From the NCBI GenBank assembly GCA_002778965.1, contig PEXX01000036.1, positions 1-37,895 on the forward strand: a stretch of 37,895 bases of DNA. The letters are read 5' to 3'. Within the stretch, counting starts at the first letter, position 1. Each line of letters opens with the position of its first letter. The notes beneath the pieces are model-generated. The model had not been told where the DNA came from, did not search any database, and was given only the letters and a program-made list of their open reading frames with translations. The stretch comes from Candidatus Kuenenbacteria bacterium CG08_land_8_20_14_0_20_37_23 (lineage in GTDB: Bacteria > Patescibacteriota > Patescibacteriia > UBA2196 > GWA2-42-15). This document shows positions 9,587-16,821 of this stretch, one piece after another. Position numbers and translations under genes: made by a program.

Positions 9587-10597
9587 ATGAACATGTCAAC
9601 TTTGGCAACAGGAAGACCAAATATTATTATTACTGGCGGGGCAGGATTTCTTGGCTCGAATCTGGCGGGAGACATGGTCAAGACAAGCAACATTATCTGC
9701 ATTGATAATTTTATAACTGGCAACCAAAAAAATATTGATATACTATTGCAAAATCCGTATTTTGAATTTTTGCGGCATGATATCACTCGTCCTCTTGATT
9801 TCGACCAATTTCCAGAATTAAAAAAATTCCAAATTAAAGCGCAGGGGATCCAGTCAATTTATAATTTTGCCTGTCCGACATCGCCTTCAAATCACGCGAA
9901 ACTTGCGCTGGAGATACTTGAAGCCAACTCGTCTGGCACGAAAAATATGCTTGATCTGGCAAAAGAGTACCATGCCGTTTTTGTCCACATCTCAAGTCAG
10001 CATATTTATGGAAAGGCAATGTCAAGCCAGCCGATTAAAGAAAGCTATCTTGGAGCAGTTGACCCAATCGGTCCCAGAAGCGCCTATGACGAGGGAAAAA
10101 GATTCGCGGAAACAATAGCTAGTTATTACAAAAGGCAATTTAATTTGAACGTGAAAATAGCCCGCCTGTTCACATGTTATGGTCCCAAAATGGCTATTAA
10201 TGACGGCCGTTCAATTCCTGACTTTATTTTTGACGCCTTGAACAATAAAGATTTAATAATCTATGGAGATGAAAAAACCGAAAATACTTTTTGTTATGTC
10301 GCTGATATTGTGGATGCTTTGATAAAAATTGAAAAATCATCGCTTGCTGGTGCTGTCAATATTGGACATTATGAAAAATATACGCTGAAAAATATTGCGG
10401 AACGTATTATCAAATTGTGTGAATCATCCTCGGTTATCACTTATAAAGAACCAGACTGGCACGTAGCCTCATACAATATTCCTGATATTTCTCTGGCTAA
10501 AGAAGAGCTTGGCTGGTTTCCAATGGTGGACATAGAAGATGGGCTGTTGCGTACTATTGAATATATGAGATCAAATTTAAGGATCTATCAAATATAG
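9587..10597 (+). CDS. NAD-dependent epimerase/dehydratase, UDP-glucuronate decarboxylase (UXS)-like
   Basis: Rossmann motif TGGAGFLGSNL and SDR catalytic YDEGKR (YxxxK) in a UXS-like context. Confidence 0.75.
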   Translation: MNMSTLATGRPNIIITGGAGFLGSNLAGDMVKTSNIICIDNFITGNQKNIDILLQNPYFEFLRHDITRPLDFDQFPELKKFQIKAQGIQSIYNFACPTSPSNHAKLALEILEANSSGTKNMLDLAKEYHAVFVHISSQHIYGKAMSSQPIKESYLGAVDPIGPRSAYDEGKRFAETIASYYKRQFNLNVKIARLFTCYGPKMAINDGRSIPDFIFDALNNKDLIIYGDEKTENTFCYVADIVDALIKIEKSSLAGAVNIGHYEKYTLKNIAERIIKLCESSSVITYKEPDWHVASYNIPDISLAKEELGWFPMVDIEDGLLRTIEYMRSNLRIYQI

Positions 10598-10629
10598 TAA
10601 ATCCCAAATTCTAAATCCAAACTAAAATT

Positions 10630-10648
10630 ATTCTGGATTCAGAATTTT
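10630..10648 (+). terminator. Weak intrinsic terminator after the UXS-like gene
   Basis: ATTCTG-GATT-CAGAAT hairpin followed by a T-rich tract. Confidence 0.3.
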
Positions 10649-10687
10649 GAATTTTATAAAAATGTTTCAATTAATTATTAATAAAGT

Positions 10688-10777
10688 GCGGAGTACTCTA
10701 GCGCCTAACGGCGCAACAGAGTGCCAATTCTCGCTGCTCGACGCAAAAGAGTTTGCGTCTGGCTAAACGCTGGAACT
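10688..10777 (+). promoter_or_regulatory. Structured GC-rich 5' leader of metK (candidate riboswitch/attenuator, class unassigned)
   Basis: Hairpin 10693-10724 (GUACUCU-A-GCGCC-UAAC-GGCGC-AAC-AGAGUGC). Hairpin 10740-10759 (GACGCAAA-AGAG-UUUGCGUC). AGAGU at the loop/3'-arm junction of hairpin 2 can compete for ACUCU of hairpin 1. Confidence 0.4.
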
Positions 10778-11935
10778 ATGTTAAAACATATTTTTACTTC
10801 AGAATCCGTCACAGAAGGCCATCCTGATAAAATCGCGGACCAAATATCCGACGCCATTTTAGATGAGCTTATTAGACAAGACAAATTTAGTCACGCCGGC
10901 ATTGAAACTTTGCTCTCTACGGGGCTGGTGGTTATCGCCGGACAGATCAGAACCAAGGGCTATGTTGATATAGCTAAAATTGCGAGACAAACCATCAAAG
11001 AAATCGGCTATAACAACGGTAATATCGGTTTTTCCGCAGATGATTGCGGCGTCATCGTGGCAATTGATGAACAATCTCCGGATATTGCTCAAGGTGTTGA
11101 TAAAAATAAAGGCAAATATAAAAAACAAGGAGCCGGGGATCAGGGTTTAATGTTCGGTTATGCCTGTCGCGAAACTCGCGAGCTGATGCCGCTCTCAATT
11201 CTTATGTCGCATAAAATGGCCGCCAGACTGGCCGCGGTCAGAAAAAATAAAACCTTGCCTTATCTGCGGCCAGACGGCAAAATAGAATTGGCCGTTGAAT
11301 ATGAAAACACCAAACCGAAAAGACTGGATACGATAGTGGTGGCGGCCCAGCATAATGAGAAAATTTCCTTGCAAAAAATCCAGGCTGATATTATTAAATA
11401 TGTTGTTAAACCTGTTGCCGGCAAATATTTAGACGACAAGACAAAATTTTTTGTCAATGCCACTGGCCGTTTTGTCAAAGGCGGACCGCCAGCTGACACC
11501 GGTCTCACGGGTCGCAAAATTATTGTGGACACTTATGGCGGCCATGGCGCACACGGCGGCGGTTGTTTTTCCGGCAAGGACCCGAGTAAGGTTGACCGTT
11601 CCGCGTCCTATATGGCGCGCTATATTGCCAAAAATATGGTGGCGGCGGGTCTGGCTGATAGATGCGAAATTCAAATCGCTTATGTCATTGGCGTGGCCGA
11701 ACCGGTTTCAGTCTTAGTTGACACCAAGGGCACTGGAAAAATAAATGATGAAAAACTGGAAAAAATCGTTCGTCAAGAATTTCCTCTTACACCTGAAGGT
11801 ATTATCAACCACCTGCGACTATTGCGACCTATTTACAAAAAAACAGCGACCTACGGCCATTTTGGCCGCGAATTGCCGGAATTCACCTGGGAGAAAAAAG
11901 ACAAAATTGCTATTCTGAAAAAATATTTAAGATAA
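10778..11935 (+). CDS. metK: S-adenosylmethionine synthetase
   Basis: N-terminus [25 protein letters not shown] and a GAGDQG motif; full-length MetK-like sequence. The track's GTG start at 10721 adds a non-homologous extension. Confidence 0.95.
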   Translation: MLKHIFTSESVTEGHPDKIADQISDAILDELIRQDKFSHAGIETLLSTGLVVIAGQIRTKGYVDIAKIARQTIKEIGYNNGNIGFSADDCGVIVAIDEQSPDIAQGVDKNKGKYKKQGAGDQGLMFGYACRETRELMPLSILMSHKMAARLAAVRKNKTLPYLRPDGKIELAVEYENTKPKRLDTIVVAAQHNEKISLQKIQADIIKYVVKPVAGKYLDDKTKFFVNATGRFVKGGPPADTGLTGRKIIVDTYGGHGAHGGGCFSGKDPSKVDRSASYMARYIAKNMVAAGLADRCEIQIAYVIGVAEPVSVLVDTKGTGKINDEKLEKIVRQEFPLTPEGIINHLRLLRPIYKKTATYGHFGRELPEFTWEKKDKIAILKKYLR

Positions 11936-11965
11936 AATAATTTATTTAACCATTTTCCCAAATTG

Positions 11966-11974
11966 TGGTATAAT
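11966..11974 (+). promoter_or_regulatory. Extended -10 promoter element TGgTATAAT
   Basis: TG-N-TATAAT match about 195 nt upstream of the pilin-like gene. AT-rich context lowers its specificity. Confidence 0.25.
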
Positions 11975-12168
11975 AAAGTCATTAGCTTATTTTCATATTA
12001 AAACCTCATGCAAATAACCTACTGTGACAAATGCAACCAGCAAAGAAATAATATTGTCAAAGTGTTGCGCAATTAGTATCAGCATCGGAAAATAATACTT
12101 TGCGGTTCGTCTTTAAGCGGTAATCTTAGCCAAAATAGAGTTAAAATTTAAAATTGATCCCAACACCT

Positions 12169-12543
12169 ATGCTTCCCAAAACTCATTTCCGTAAATTCAC
12201 GTTAATTATACTTCTCTTTATTCTATGCGCCAGTTTTTTAATAGCTCAAACAGCCGATACAACTTCCATAGAAAATCCATTAAAGAAAGAAGGCGGGCCA
12301 ATTGATCCGGAAGAATTATATGGGAGAATCATTTCCGGACTTTTAGGCTTTGTAGGCATTGTTTCACTGGTAGCTTTTGTATATGCCGGTTTTGTTTTTT
12401 TGATTTCCGCAGGTAATCCGGAACGGGTCAAAAAAGCAAAAGACACCATGATATACGCGGTAATTGGCGTGTTCGTTTCTATGGCCTCTTACGCTATTTT
12501 AAGTTTTATCTTCACCACTTTGGAAGAATCCACCGGACAATAA
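12169..12543 (+). CDS. Small secreted membrane protein, TrbC/VirB2-like (T4SS pilin-like) family
   Basis: Signal peptide, an IENPL motif, two hydrophobic helices flanking SAGNPERVKKAKD. ATG at 12169 is preferred over the TTG at 12154. Confidence 0.6.
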   Translation: MLPKTHFRKFTLIILLFILCASFLIAQTADTTSIENPLKKEGGPIDPEELYGRIISGLLGFVGIVSLVAFVYAGFVFLISAGNPERVKKAKDTMIYAVIGVFVSMASYAILSFIFTTLEESTGQ

Positions 12544-12861
12544 ACCCATGTTTTTTATTTTTTAACTTTAACCCACAATAACTCCGGAGAACTGAAGGCA
12601 GGTCAAGTGGGTAAAGATAGAAGGCGTCATAAATTATTGGTATTTATAACGACGTCTTCAGGTCTGGCGTATACGCACTTCCTACCCTCAGATCTCTATA
12701 GTTATTTTCATTAAAAAATTAAATAAGATAATTATCTTAAATCATGTGACCTTATCTAAGCATATTTTAATAATTTTGTCAAGTATTTATTAAAAAATTC
12801 AAAAAGGCCTATAATAAATATACTTGTGTATCATAAATACATTACCGATTCTTGTTAACTT

Positions 12862-12897
12862 TCAGCCCGCGGCTGGATAGCCACAAGCTGATTTTTT
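12862..12897 (+). terminator. Intrinsic terminator-like structure just upstream of the GalE-like gene
   Basis: TCAGC...GCTGA stem enclosing GGCT-GGAT-AGCC, followed by TTTTTT (12892-12897). Confidence 0.4.
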
Positions 12898-12909
12898 ATT
12901 TATCGTTTT

Positions 12910-13821
12910 ATGGCCATTTTGGTTACCGGGGGTGCAGGGTTTATTGGCTCGCATCTAACCGACAGTTTAATAGCCAAAAAACACCGAGTCATCGTTTTGG
13001 ATGACCTGTCTTCGGGGTTTAAAAAAAATATCAATGCCCAAGCCAAATTTTACCAACTGGACATTCAAAACAAAAAACTGAAAAATATTTTCAAAAAAGA
13101 AAAACCAAAGATTGTTTATCACTTGGCTGCCCAAATAAATGTCAGAAGATCAATTCAGGACCCAATTTTTGATGCCCAGAAGAATATTTTGGGTTCGCTA
13201 AATCTGCTGGAAAATTGCATAAAATATGCAGTAAAAAAATTTATCTTTATTTCAACAGGCGGAGCCATCTATGGCGATGGCGTTAAAGTTCCCACTCAGG
13301 AAAATGCCTTGAAACGGCCAACTTCGCCGTATGGCATTGCCAAATTATCTATTGAAAAATATCTCCACTACTACAACAATCAATATAACTTTAGATATAC
13401 TGTTCTACGTTTAGCCAATGTTTACGGTCCGCGCCAAAATTGGGAAGGCGAAGCTGGCGTAGTCGCTATTTTTTTAAATAATTTGAAAAATAAAAAACCT
13501 CTTAAAATTTTTGGCGGAAAACAAACCAGGGATTTTGTTTATGTATCCGATGTTGTGAATGCGTGCATCAAAGTGCTAAATCAAAAAAAAACAGCTATTT
13601 ACAATATCGGCACCGGAGAAGAAACAACCGTCAACCAGCTCGCAAAAAAAATATTAAAAATTTCAAACAAAAAAAACACAATTAAACATTTGCCATATAT
13701 CAAAGGCGAACAATTGAAAAATTGTCTGTCTTTTGCTAAAATAAAACAAGAGTTGCAATGGCAACCGCAATATGATTTAAATAGGGGATTGGAAGCAACC
13801 ATGGACTATTTTAAAAAATAA
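12910..13821 (+). CDS. NAD-dependent sugar epimerase (UDP-glucose 4-epimerase/GalE-like)
   Basis: TGGAGFIGSHL Rossmann motif and SDR catalytic YGIAK (YxxxK). Confidence 0.8.
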   Translation: MAILVTGGAGFIGSHLTDSLIAKKHRVIVLDDLSSGFKKNINAQAKFYQLDIQNKKLKNIFKKEKPKIVYHLAAQINVRRSIQDPIFDAQKNILGSLNLLENCIKYAVKKFIFISTGGAIYGDGVKVPTQENALKRPTSPYGIAKLSIEKYLHYYNNQYNFRYTVLRLANVYGPRQNWEGEAGVVAIFLNNLKNKKPLKIFGGKQTRDFVYVSDVVNACIKVLNQKKTAIYNIGTGEETTVNQLAKKILKISNKKNTIKHLPYIKGEQLKNCLSFAKIKQELQWQPQYDLNRGLEATMDYFKK

Positions 13822-13899
13822 AGACCAGATTTCATTTATTTTAATTCCAGTATCGGTATATCATAAAAACATTTTTCTGATTTTATTTATTTCCATACT

Positions 13900-15156
13900 A
13901 TGCTCCCCCAAAAATCCTTTTTACAAACCATGCACATGAAAACTCAATTAAATAAATATTTTTTACTTATCCTTATTTTGGGTTTTATTTTGTCGCCATG
14001 TTATATTTTGGCTGAAGTCGGAGGCGAAAGTGAAATCAAAAAATTGGCGGATGAAATTAAAGACAAACAGGTTCAAATAGACGAGCTGCGCGCTAAAATT
14101 GAGATCTACCAGAAAAATTTATCAAAGGCTCAATCTGAAACAAACTCGCTGAAAAATCAAATATATATTTTAGAGACTAAAATTGATAAAAAAGAAACTG
14201 AAATAAAACTTAATCAAGAAGAAACTGAAGAAACAAATTTGGAAATAAAAAAAACCGAGGAGGAAATTGAGTACAACGCGGAAGAAACGCAGGACAAAAA
14301 GAAAAAACTTGGGAAATTGTTGAGAGAGAGATATATTATAGATCAAAAAAATGACCTTGAGATAATCATTTTGAATGAGTCGCTGTCAGATTTCTTTCGC
14401 GTATTTCAAACTGCGGAAACAATCCAGGCAAGCGTTAACCAAACACTCATAGAGCTTAAAGAATTAAAAAAAAATCTGTTTGGGAAACAGCTTGAGTTAG
14501 AAGAAAAAAAGGAAAAACTTAACCATCTTAATGATGAATTGACAGGCTATAAAACAAATCTGGAGAGCCAACAATCAGTCAAGCAAAATATTTTATATCA
14601 GACAAAAAATTCGGAAGAGCGCTACGAAAACATGGTTAATGAACTCAGACTGGAACAGCAGCGCATGAACTCCGAGATTGTTGTTTTGGAAAAAACTATT
14701 CGTCAGAAACTTACTGATGACAAAAATAAGCTTGCCGAGCTTGGCAACGCAACATTTACATGGCCTGTGCCTAGTAGATATGTTACTGCCGCTTTCCATG
14801 ATCCTGATTATCCATTTCGCTATATTTTTGAACATCCCGGGATTGATATCAGAGCTTCGCAAGGCACGCCTCTCAAAGCATCCGCTTCAGGATATGTGGC
14901 GAAAGTTCAAGATGGTGGACGTTACGGTTATTCATATATTATGCTAATTCACAATGATGGCTTTGCCACTGTTTACGGCCACTTGAGCAAAATGTATGTG
15001 TCAGCGGATCAATTCGTCACTCAAGGCGAAGTAATTGGCGCGACCGGCGGCATGCCAGGCACTCATGGTGCCGGCCGTCTGACTACAGCTCCCCATATCC
15101 ATTTTGAGATAAGAAAAAATGGCATACCAGTCAATCCACTGGACTATCTGCCTTGA
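13900..15156 (+). CDS. M23 family peptidoglycan metalloendopeptidase with N-terminal coiled coil (EnvC-like architecture)
   Basis: Signal peptide (the real start may be M11/M13 at 13930/13936), about 250 aa of heptad-rich coiled coil, and a C-terminal LytM domain with intact HPGIDI and HIHFEI metal ligands. Confidence 0.85.
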   Translation: MLPQKSFLQTMHMKTQLNKYFLLILILGFILSPCYILAEVGGESEIKKLADEIKDKQVQIDELRAKIEIYQKNLSKAQSETNSLKNQIYILETKIDKKETEIKLNQEETEETNLEIKKTEEEIEYNAEETQDKKKKLGKLLRERYIIDQKNDLEIIILNESLSDFFRVFQTAETIQASVNQTLIELKELKKNLFGKQLELEEKKEKLNHLNDELTGYKTNLESQQSVKQNILYQTKNSEERYENMVNELRLEQQRMNSEIVVLEKTIRQKLTDDKNKLAELGNATFTWPVPSRYVTAAFHDPDYPFRYIFEHPGIDIRASQGTPLKASASGYVAKVQDGGRYGYSYIMLIHNDGFATVYGHLSKMYVSADQFVTQGEVIGATGGMPGTHGAGRLTTAPHIHFEIRKNGIPVNPLDYLP

Positions 15157-15159
15157 TTT

Positions 15160-15555
15160 ATGTCTCATGAAGAACAAATTGTCCAAATATTCTCCCGACT
15201 TAAGGAGATTTTTATTTTAGAAAATTTTCAATTCAAAATCATGCGCCGCCAGATAGACGAAGAGGGGAGAGGGGTGCTCAATTTGAAACGCAGCTACCGC
15301 CTAGCCCATACCAGCCTCAAAAACAAAACAATTACCGTTGATATCTACACACCGCGTTTCCGCAAGCCCAAATCAATCAGGTCAATTTTGAATATTCTCG
15401 CTCATGAAATCGCCCATCACCAAAAACTACCCTTCCGCCAACGCTTCCGCGGCCGTATTATTACTCGTCAGCACTATCCCGCTTTTTATGAGCAGGTTAA
15501 TAAAAATATAGAAAAAATAAAGAGAGACGAGATTTTAAAAGAATATTTTAAATAA
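15160..15555 (+). CDS. Small HExxH-motif protein (putative zinc metallopeptidase-like), function unknown
   Basis: 131 aa with LAHEIAHH. Starts 4 nt after the M23 peptidase stop. Confidence 0.5.
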   Translation: MSHEEQIVQIFSRLKEIFILENFQFKIMRRQIDEEGRGVLNLKRSYRLAHTSLKNKTITVDIYTPRFRKPKSIRSILNILAHEIAHHQKLPFRQRFRGRIITRQHYPAFYEQVNKNIEKIKRDEILKEYFK

Positions 15556-15681
15556 GGAGTAAAAAATGGATTTCATATTTACCTTTTCTTTTTTGCGTAT
15601 CAATATAATACGCTTATCATAGCCCAATGATACAAAAATTACGCGCCAAACCAACTCCCAACAATAGCCGCTAACATTTAT

Positions 15682-15742
15682 TTGACATAAATTTAATAAT
15701 GATATAATCTATAATTAAATATATCATTAATTATATAATCTA
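15682..15742 (+). promoter_or_regulatory. Promoter/operator region of the TA operon
   Basis: TTGACA (15682-15687) and TATAAT (15703-15708) with a short 15-nt spacer. Inverted repeat ATAATTAA/TTAATTAT (15711-15718/15727-15734). 10-bp direct repeat ATATAATCTA at 15702-15711 and 15733-15742. Confidence 0.4.
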
Positions 15743-15744
15743 AT

Positions 15745-16032
15745 ATGAACTCTATTCTACCTCAAACAATCTCTATCAGTGATTTACAGAAGAGAACCAA
15801 AGAAATATTTGATACTAAATTACAGGATAATGCCCCAACTCTGATACTCAATAGAAATGAGAAAGTCGGAGTTTTAATCAAACCCATGTTTTTTGAGGAA
15901 TTAATGTCAACCTATGAAGATTATCTGGACGGATTGGAGCTAATGAACGCCATCAACACCACTCCCAAAAAAGACCTTGAACCTTGGGATAAAATAAAGT
16001 TAGAGTTAAAAAAACACGGCAAATTATCCTAA
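15745..16032 (+). CDS. Type II antitoxin, Phd/YefM family
   Basis: 95 aa with N-terminal ISISDLQKRTKEIFD...PTLILNRNEKVGVLI typical of Phd/YefM. Lies 3 nt upstream of the toxin gene. Confidence 0.75.
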   Translation: MNSILPQTISISDLQKRTKEIFDTKLQDNAPTLILNRNEKVGVLIKPMFFEELMSTYEDYLDGLELMNAINTTPKKDLEPWDKIKLELKKHGKLS

Positions 16033-16035
16033 AAT

Positions 16036-16293
16036 ATGTACAAAATATTTCTTACTAGTAATGCCAAAAAGAGCTTATTTAAGTTGCCTCAAGAAACCGT
16101 AGAAAAAATCAATCGGGTCTTTGATATATTACAGCATAATCCCTTCACCGCTGATCACCATATCAAAAAATTACACCAGCCATTAATCGGCTATCGTTAT
16201 AAAGTCTGGCCCTATCGCATTTTATATACTGTGGATAATTCCCAAAAAATAATTGTAGTTTACCGCATTTTTCATCGTGGTAGGGGATATTAA
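16036..16293 (+). CDS. Type II toxin, RelE/ParE family
   Basis: 85 aa with the pattern NP...KKL...GYRYKVWPYRILYTVD...IIVVYRIFHRGRGY characteristic of the RelE/ParE superfamily. Confidence 0.8.
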   Translation: MYKIFLTSNAKKSLFKLPQETVEKINRVFDILQHNPFTADHHIKKLHQPLIGYRYKVWPYRILYTVDNSQKIIVVYRIFHRGRGY

Positions 16294-16330
16294 CTCCGCT
16301 GGTTCTGAACCATAAATTTTGTTAACACCT

Positions 16331-16748
16331 ACCACGCCTATTATCACCAGTATAGTCTTTAAACACATTCAGCCATTCCCTCGGCTGTTTTTTATTACTC
16401 TTTAAATTATGCCAACTTGACAACAGTCTCTTTTGGCCATTCACATTTCCAGTAAAACAAGGGAGACCCTACGGCCCGCCAATCAAACCAACCCCGCCTA
16501 AACATTTCATATAGACTATATGAAATGTTTAGGCAGCGGCCCACACTCATCTCTCCACCGCCTAAATGGCCGGTATAGTCTATTTCGGCCATTCAGGCAC
16601 CGACGGAGAAAGGGGAGTCGCGAGCGCTAACCCGCCCTCGCCCAACAGCTCCCGGCAATGGCTCGTACAGTCTATTCGAGCCATTTTCTGTCACCCCCCC
16701 CAGATCTCCCCGCTAAATCGCTAAAACAGACTATATTAGCGCTTTCTG
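16331..16748. repeat. Tandem array of six homologous hairpin/palindrome units with conserved core A(T/C)AG(T/A)CTAT
   Basis: U1 has core 16351-16358 with a degenerate stem. U2 is 16411-16437. U3 (16496-16534) is a perfect 19+1+19 palindrome. U4 is 16560-16598, U5 is 16657-16685, U6 is 16719-16741. Units share a C-rich CCGCCTAAA 5' flank and a TTYAGGC/TTTCTG 3' flank. Stem arms differ between units but stay complementary. Confidence 0.8.
16370..16393 (+). terminator. Weak intrinsic terminator after the TA operon
   Basis: CAGCC-ATTCCCTC-GGCTG followed by TTTTTT. Confidence 0.35.
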
Positions 16749-16752
16749 CCGC

Positions 16753-16779
16753 CCGCCTGATTCTTTCTAGGCGGTTTTT
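16753..16779 (+). terminator. Intrinsic terminator-like hairpin closing the hairpin array
   Basis: CCGCC-(12-nt loop)-GGCGG followed by TTTTT. Confidence 0.5.
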
Positions 16780-16781
16780 AT
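16760..16781 (+). repeat. Direct repeat copy A flanking the NYN gene
   Basis: ATTCTTTCTAG-GCGGTTTTTAT matches 17602-17626 (ATTCTTTCTAGCAGGCGGTTTTTAT) apart from a 3-nt indel. Confidence 0.7.
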
Positions 16782-16789
16782 GTTACAAT
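16781..16789 (+). promoter_or_regulatory. Extended -10 element TGTTACAAT upstream of the NYN gene
   Basis: TG-N-TACAAT lies 33 nt upstream of the ATG at 16822. Confidence 0.35.
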
Positions 16790-16821
16790 AGAAGTACTCT
16801 AAAGCGGGCGACACCAACCAT

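Noticed and set aside
10721-10777. GTG-initiated N-terminal extension of metK
   Set aside because: The extension ([19 protein letters not shown]) has no counterpart in MetK proteins. [18 protein letters not shown] at 10778 matches the canonical N-terminus, and the extension overlaps the structured leader.
12733-12748. 16-bp perfect palindrome TAAGATAATTATCTTA in the pilin-galE spacer
   Set aside because: It consists purely of A/T-rich sequence within a very AT-rich spacer, so chance occurrence is plausible, and it has no associated gene-start context.
15566-15622. 18-aa hydrophobic mini-ORF (MDFIFTFSFLRINIIRLS) preceded by a perfect AAGGAG Shine-Dalgarno
   Set aside because: It is too short to support from sequence alone. 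The SD overlaps the stop-codon context of the preceding gene and could be fortuitous.
16496-16598. Integron attC sites (GCCTAAA...TTTAGGC resembles the inverse-core/core RYYYAAC/GTTRRRY)
   Set aside because: The boxes do not fit the consensus exactly (GTTTAGG has an extra T). The hairpins are in tandem without intervening cassettes. The recombinase lacks an obvious IntI-specific insertion and is not divergent from the array. The idea is kept only as a remote analogy in the findings.
16331-16748. CRISPR array interpretation of the hairpin repeats
   Set aside because: The units are not identical, the spacing is irregular (59-92 bp), the repeats share flanks rather than alternating with unique spacers, and no cas genes are present.
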